Source of the DNA: Streptomyces sp. 135
GTDB taxonomy: Bacteria > Actinomycetota > Actinomycetes > Streptomycetales > Streptomycetaceae
Assembly (NCBI RefSeq): GCF_020026305.1
Contig: NZ_CP075691.1
Coordinates: forward strand, 7,347,415-7,371,414
Direction: 5' to 3'
DNA: 24,000 bases
The position numbers and the translations under genes were made by a program. This document shows positions 22,687 to 24,000 of the stretch, piece after piece. The first letter of the stretch is position 1; every line of letters begins with the position of its first letter. The notes under the pieces were generated by a model that saw nothing but the letters and a program-made list of their open reading frames with translations, ran no database searches and was not told where the DNA came from.

Positions 22687-23922
22687 ATGAGGCGGACGGA
22701 CACCGAGGGCCGCGGCCCGGTGCGGTACGGCCCGCCTGTGCCGGAGCTGGGCCTCCCGGTCCTGCCCGGTAAGCGTCCGCCGCCGCCTCGGCCGCCGCCC
22801 GCCCGCACGGCGAACCTCCCGGCGGCGGCCCCGCCCTCCTGGACGCCGCGAGCGGCTACTGGAGCGCGGACTGCCCGTGGAGCGCGACCACGTCGCCGCC
22901 GCCCCGGCGCCCCGCCCTCCTGCTCGCCCTCACCGCCGCCCTCGGCGGCGACGTCCTGCTGCCCCGCCCCTGCCCCGCCTGGTGGGCGCCCCAGGCACGG
23001 CTGCTCGGCCACGGCGTCTACCACGTGCCGACGCCCGCCGAGTGCGGCGGCGTCCCGGACCCGTACGCCCTCCTGGAGACCGTCCGCCGCGTGCGCGCGG
23101 AAGGAGGCAGGCCCCGGCTGCTCGTGCTGAGCGTCGCCGACGACCCGACCGCCACCGTGCCGCCCCCGGAAGTGCTGCACGAGGCCGTCGAAGCCGCCGC
23201 CGACGAGGGCCTGCACGTCGTCAGTGACGAGACCTGGCGCGACACCCTGCACCGCCCCCACGACACCGTCCTGGTCGGCCCCGCCGAGATGGACCACGAG
23301 CGCGTCACCGTCGTCTGCGACCTCGCCGGGCCCTTTCTGCCCACGGCGCTGCCCGCCGCCGTCGCCCGCTTCCCCGACACCCCGCTGGGCGCCGTCCTGC
23401 GCGCCCGCACCCTCGACGTGCTCACCGCGCTCGGCGCGACCCTCGCCGCCCGGCCGCCGCCGCGGCGACGTACGCGCTCGACGAACCGGACGACGTCACC
23501 GAGCGGCTGACCGCCGCCGTGCGCCTGCACGCGCGCGTGGCCGAGGCCGCGCGGCACGCCGTGCTCGCCGCGGGCGCCCTGGCCCGGCCCCCGCGGGCCG
23601 CCACCTCTACGCCGACCTCGGCCCCCTGCGGTCCGCGCTCGCCGCGCGCGGCGTCGGCGACGCACAGGACCTGGAGGACTTCCTCGGCGAACGGCTCGGC
23701 ATGCCCACACCCGGCGGCCACCGCTTCGGCGACGACATCGACGCCCTGCGGGTACGCCTCTCCACGGGCCCGCTCCTCGGCGCGACCCCCGAGGAGCGCC
23801 TGGCGTCCCTCGGCGCGCCGGATCCCCTGGAATCGCCGCACGTACAACGAGCGTTGAACACGTTCGGATCGGCCTTCGACGATCTCCGCGCGGAAGCACA
23901 GCGAATGGAGCATCCTCGGTGA
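22687..23922 (+). pseudogene. Class I/II aminotransferase-like gene read through at least five frame switches
   Basis: ACGGAGG lies upstream of ATG 22687. Sensible pieces, in order: MRRTDTEGRGPVRYGPPVPELGLPVLPG..ARTANLP (frame 1); GGGPALLDAASGYW (frame 0); ERGLPVERDHVAAAP (frame 2); ALLLALTAALGGDVLLPRPCPAWWAPQARLLGHGVYHVPTPAECGGVPDPYALLETVRRVRAEGGRPRLLVLSVADDPTATVPPPEVLHEAVEAAADEGLHVVSDETWRD... (frame 0); TYALDEPDDVTERLTAAVRLHARVAEAARHAVLAAGALARPP (frame 2); HLYADLGPLRSALAARGVGDAQDLEDFLGERLGMPTPGGHRFGDD...* (frame 1). The switches are near 22820, 22863, 22905, 23455 and 23600. Confidence 0.7.
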
Positions 23923-24000
23923 CCCAGCAGGCGGAGCAGCAGACGACGACACGGCAGGCGAGGACACGGCAGGGCCCCGGCCAAGGCCCCGGCCCGCTCG
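23919..24000 (+). CDS. Possible 5' end of a further gene running off the right edge
   Basis: GTG 23919 overlaps the preceding stop (GTGA). The frame stays open to the window end (MTQQAEQQTTTRQARTRQGPGQGPGPL...). Only 27 low-complexity codons are visible. Confidence 0.2.
   Translation, partial: MTQQAEQQTTTRQARTRQGPGQGPGPL

Noticed and set aside
1-24000. Looked for tRNA, rRNA, CRISPR arrays, integrase or att-type boundaries, and toxin-antitoxin or defence-system gene pairs
   Set aside because: None was recognised by eye. No regularly spaced repeats, no cloverleaf-like conserved tRNA boxes and no nuclease, helicase or methylase-type motifs were seen. A computational scan (tRNA, ncRNA covariance models, defence-system HMMs) would be needed to exclude them.

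Overview
This is very GC-rich DNA with strong GC3 codon bias, typical of a Streptomyces-like actinomycete chromosome. All family calls are motif recognition by eye; no database search or computation was run.

- **Left 4.7 kb:** an intact, translationally coupled gas-vesicle operon of the actinomycete type. It starts with the tail of a gvpA-like ORF, followed by gvpF-G-Y-Z-J-L-S-K.
- **About 4.8-10.5 kb:**
  - an internally deleted IS5-family element, inserted at a CTAG that contains the stop codon of a secreted three-repeat cysteine protein;
  - two small genes of unknown function;
  - an ABC1/UbiB-type kinase whose ORF runs about 240 codons past its conserved domain;
  - a decayed isoprenoid-like operon: a frameshifted cis-prenyltransferase, and a phytoene/squalene-synthase 5' stub fused to an EF-hand 3' stub.
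- **Middle:**
  - a SAM methyltransferase;
  - a PAP2-diacylglycerol-kinase fusion gene broken by four single-base deletions;
  - an ABC-F ATPase;
  - a small conserved protein coupled to a DinB/MDMPI-like protein;
  - a Ppx/GppA phosphatase;
  - a CBS-pair protein;
  - a PoxB-like TPP enzyme.
- **Right end:** a SigB/F-family sigma factor, a PAS-GAF protein, a GAF-ANTAR regulator and a multiply frameshifted aminotransferase-like gene.
- **Not found:** no tRNA, rRNA or CRISPR array was recognised.

The most interesting observations are:
1. the gvp operon, whose accessory proteins GvpY and GvpZ carry oppositely charged tails;
2. GGGTAC-type (SigB-like -10) boxes concentrated in intergenic regions, next to a SigB-family sigma gene;
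3. a non-random clustering of frame disruptions in four loci while about 20 neighbouring genes are intact.
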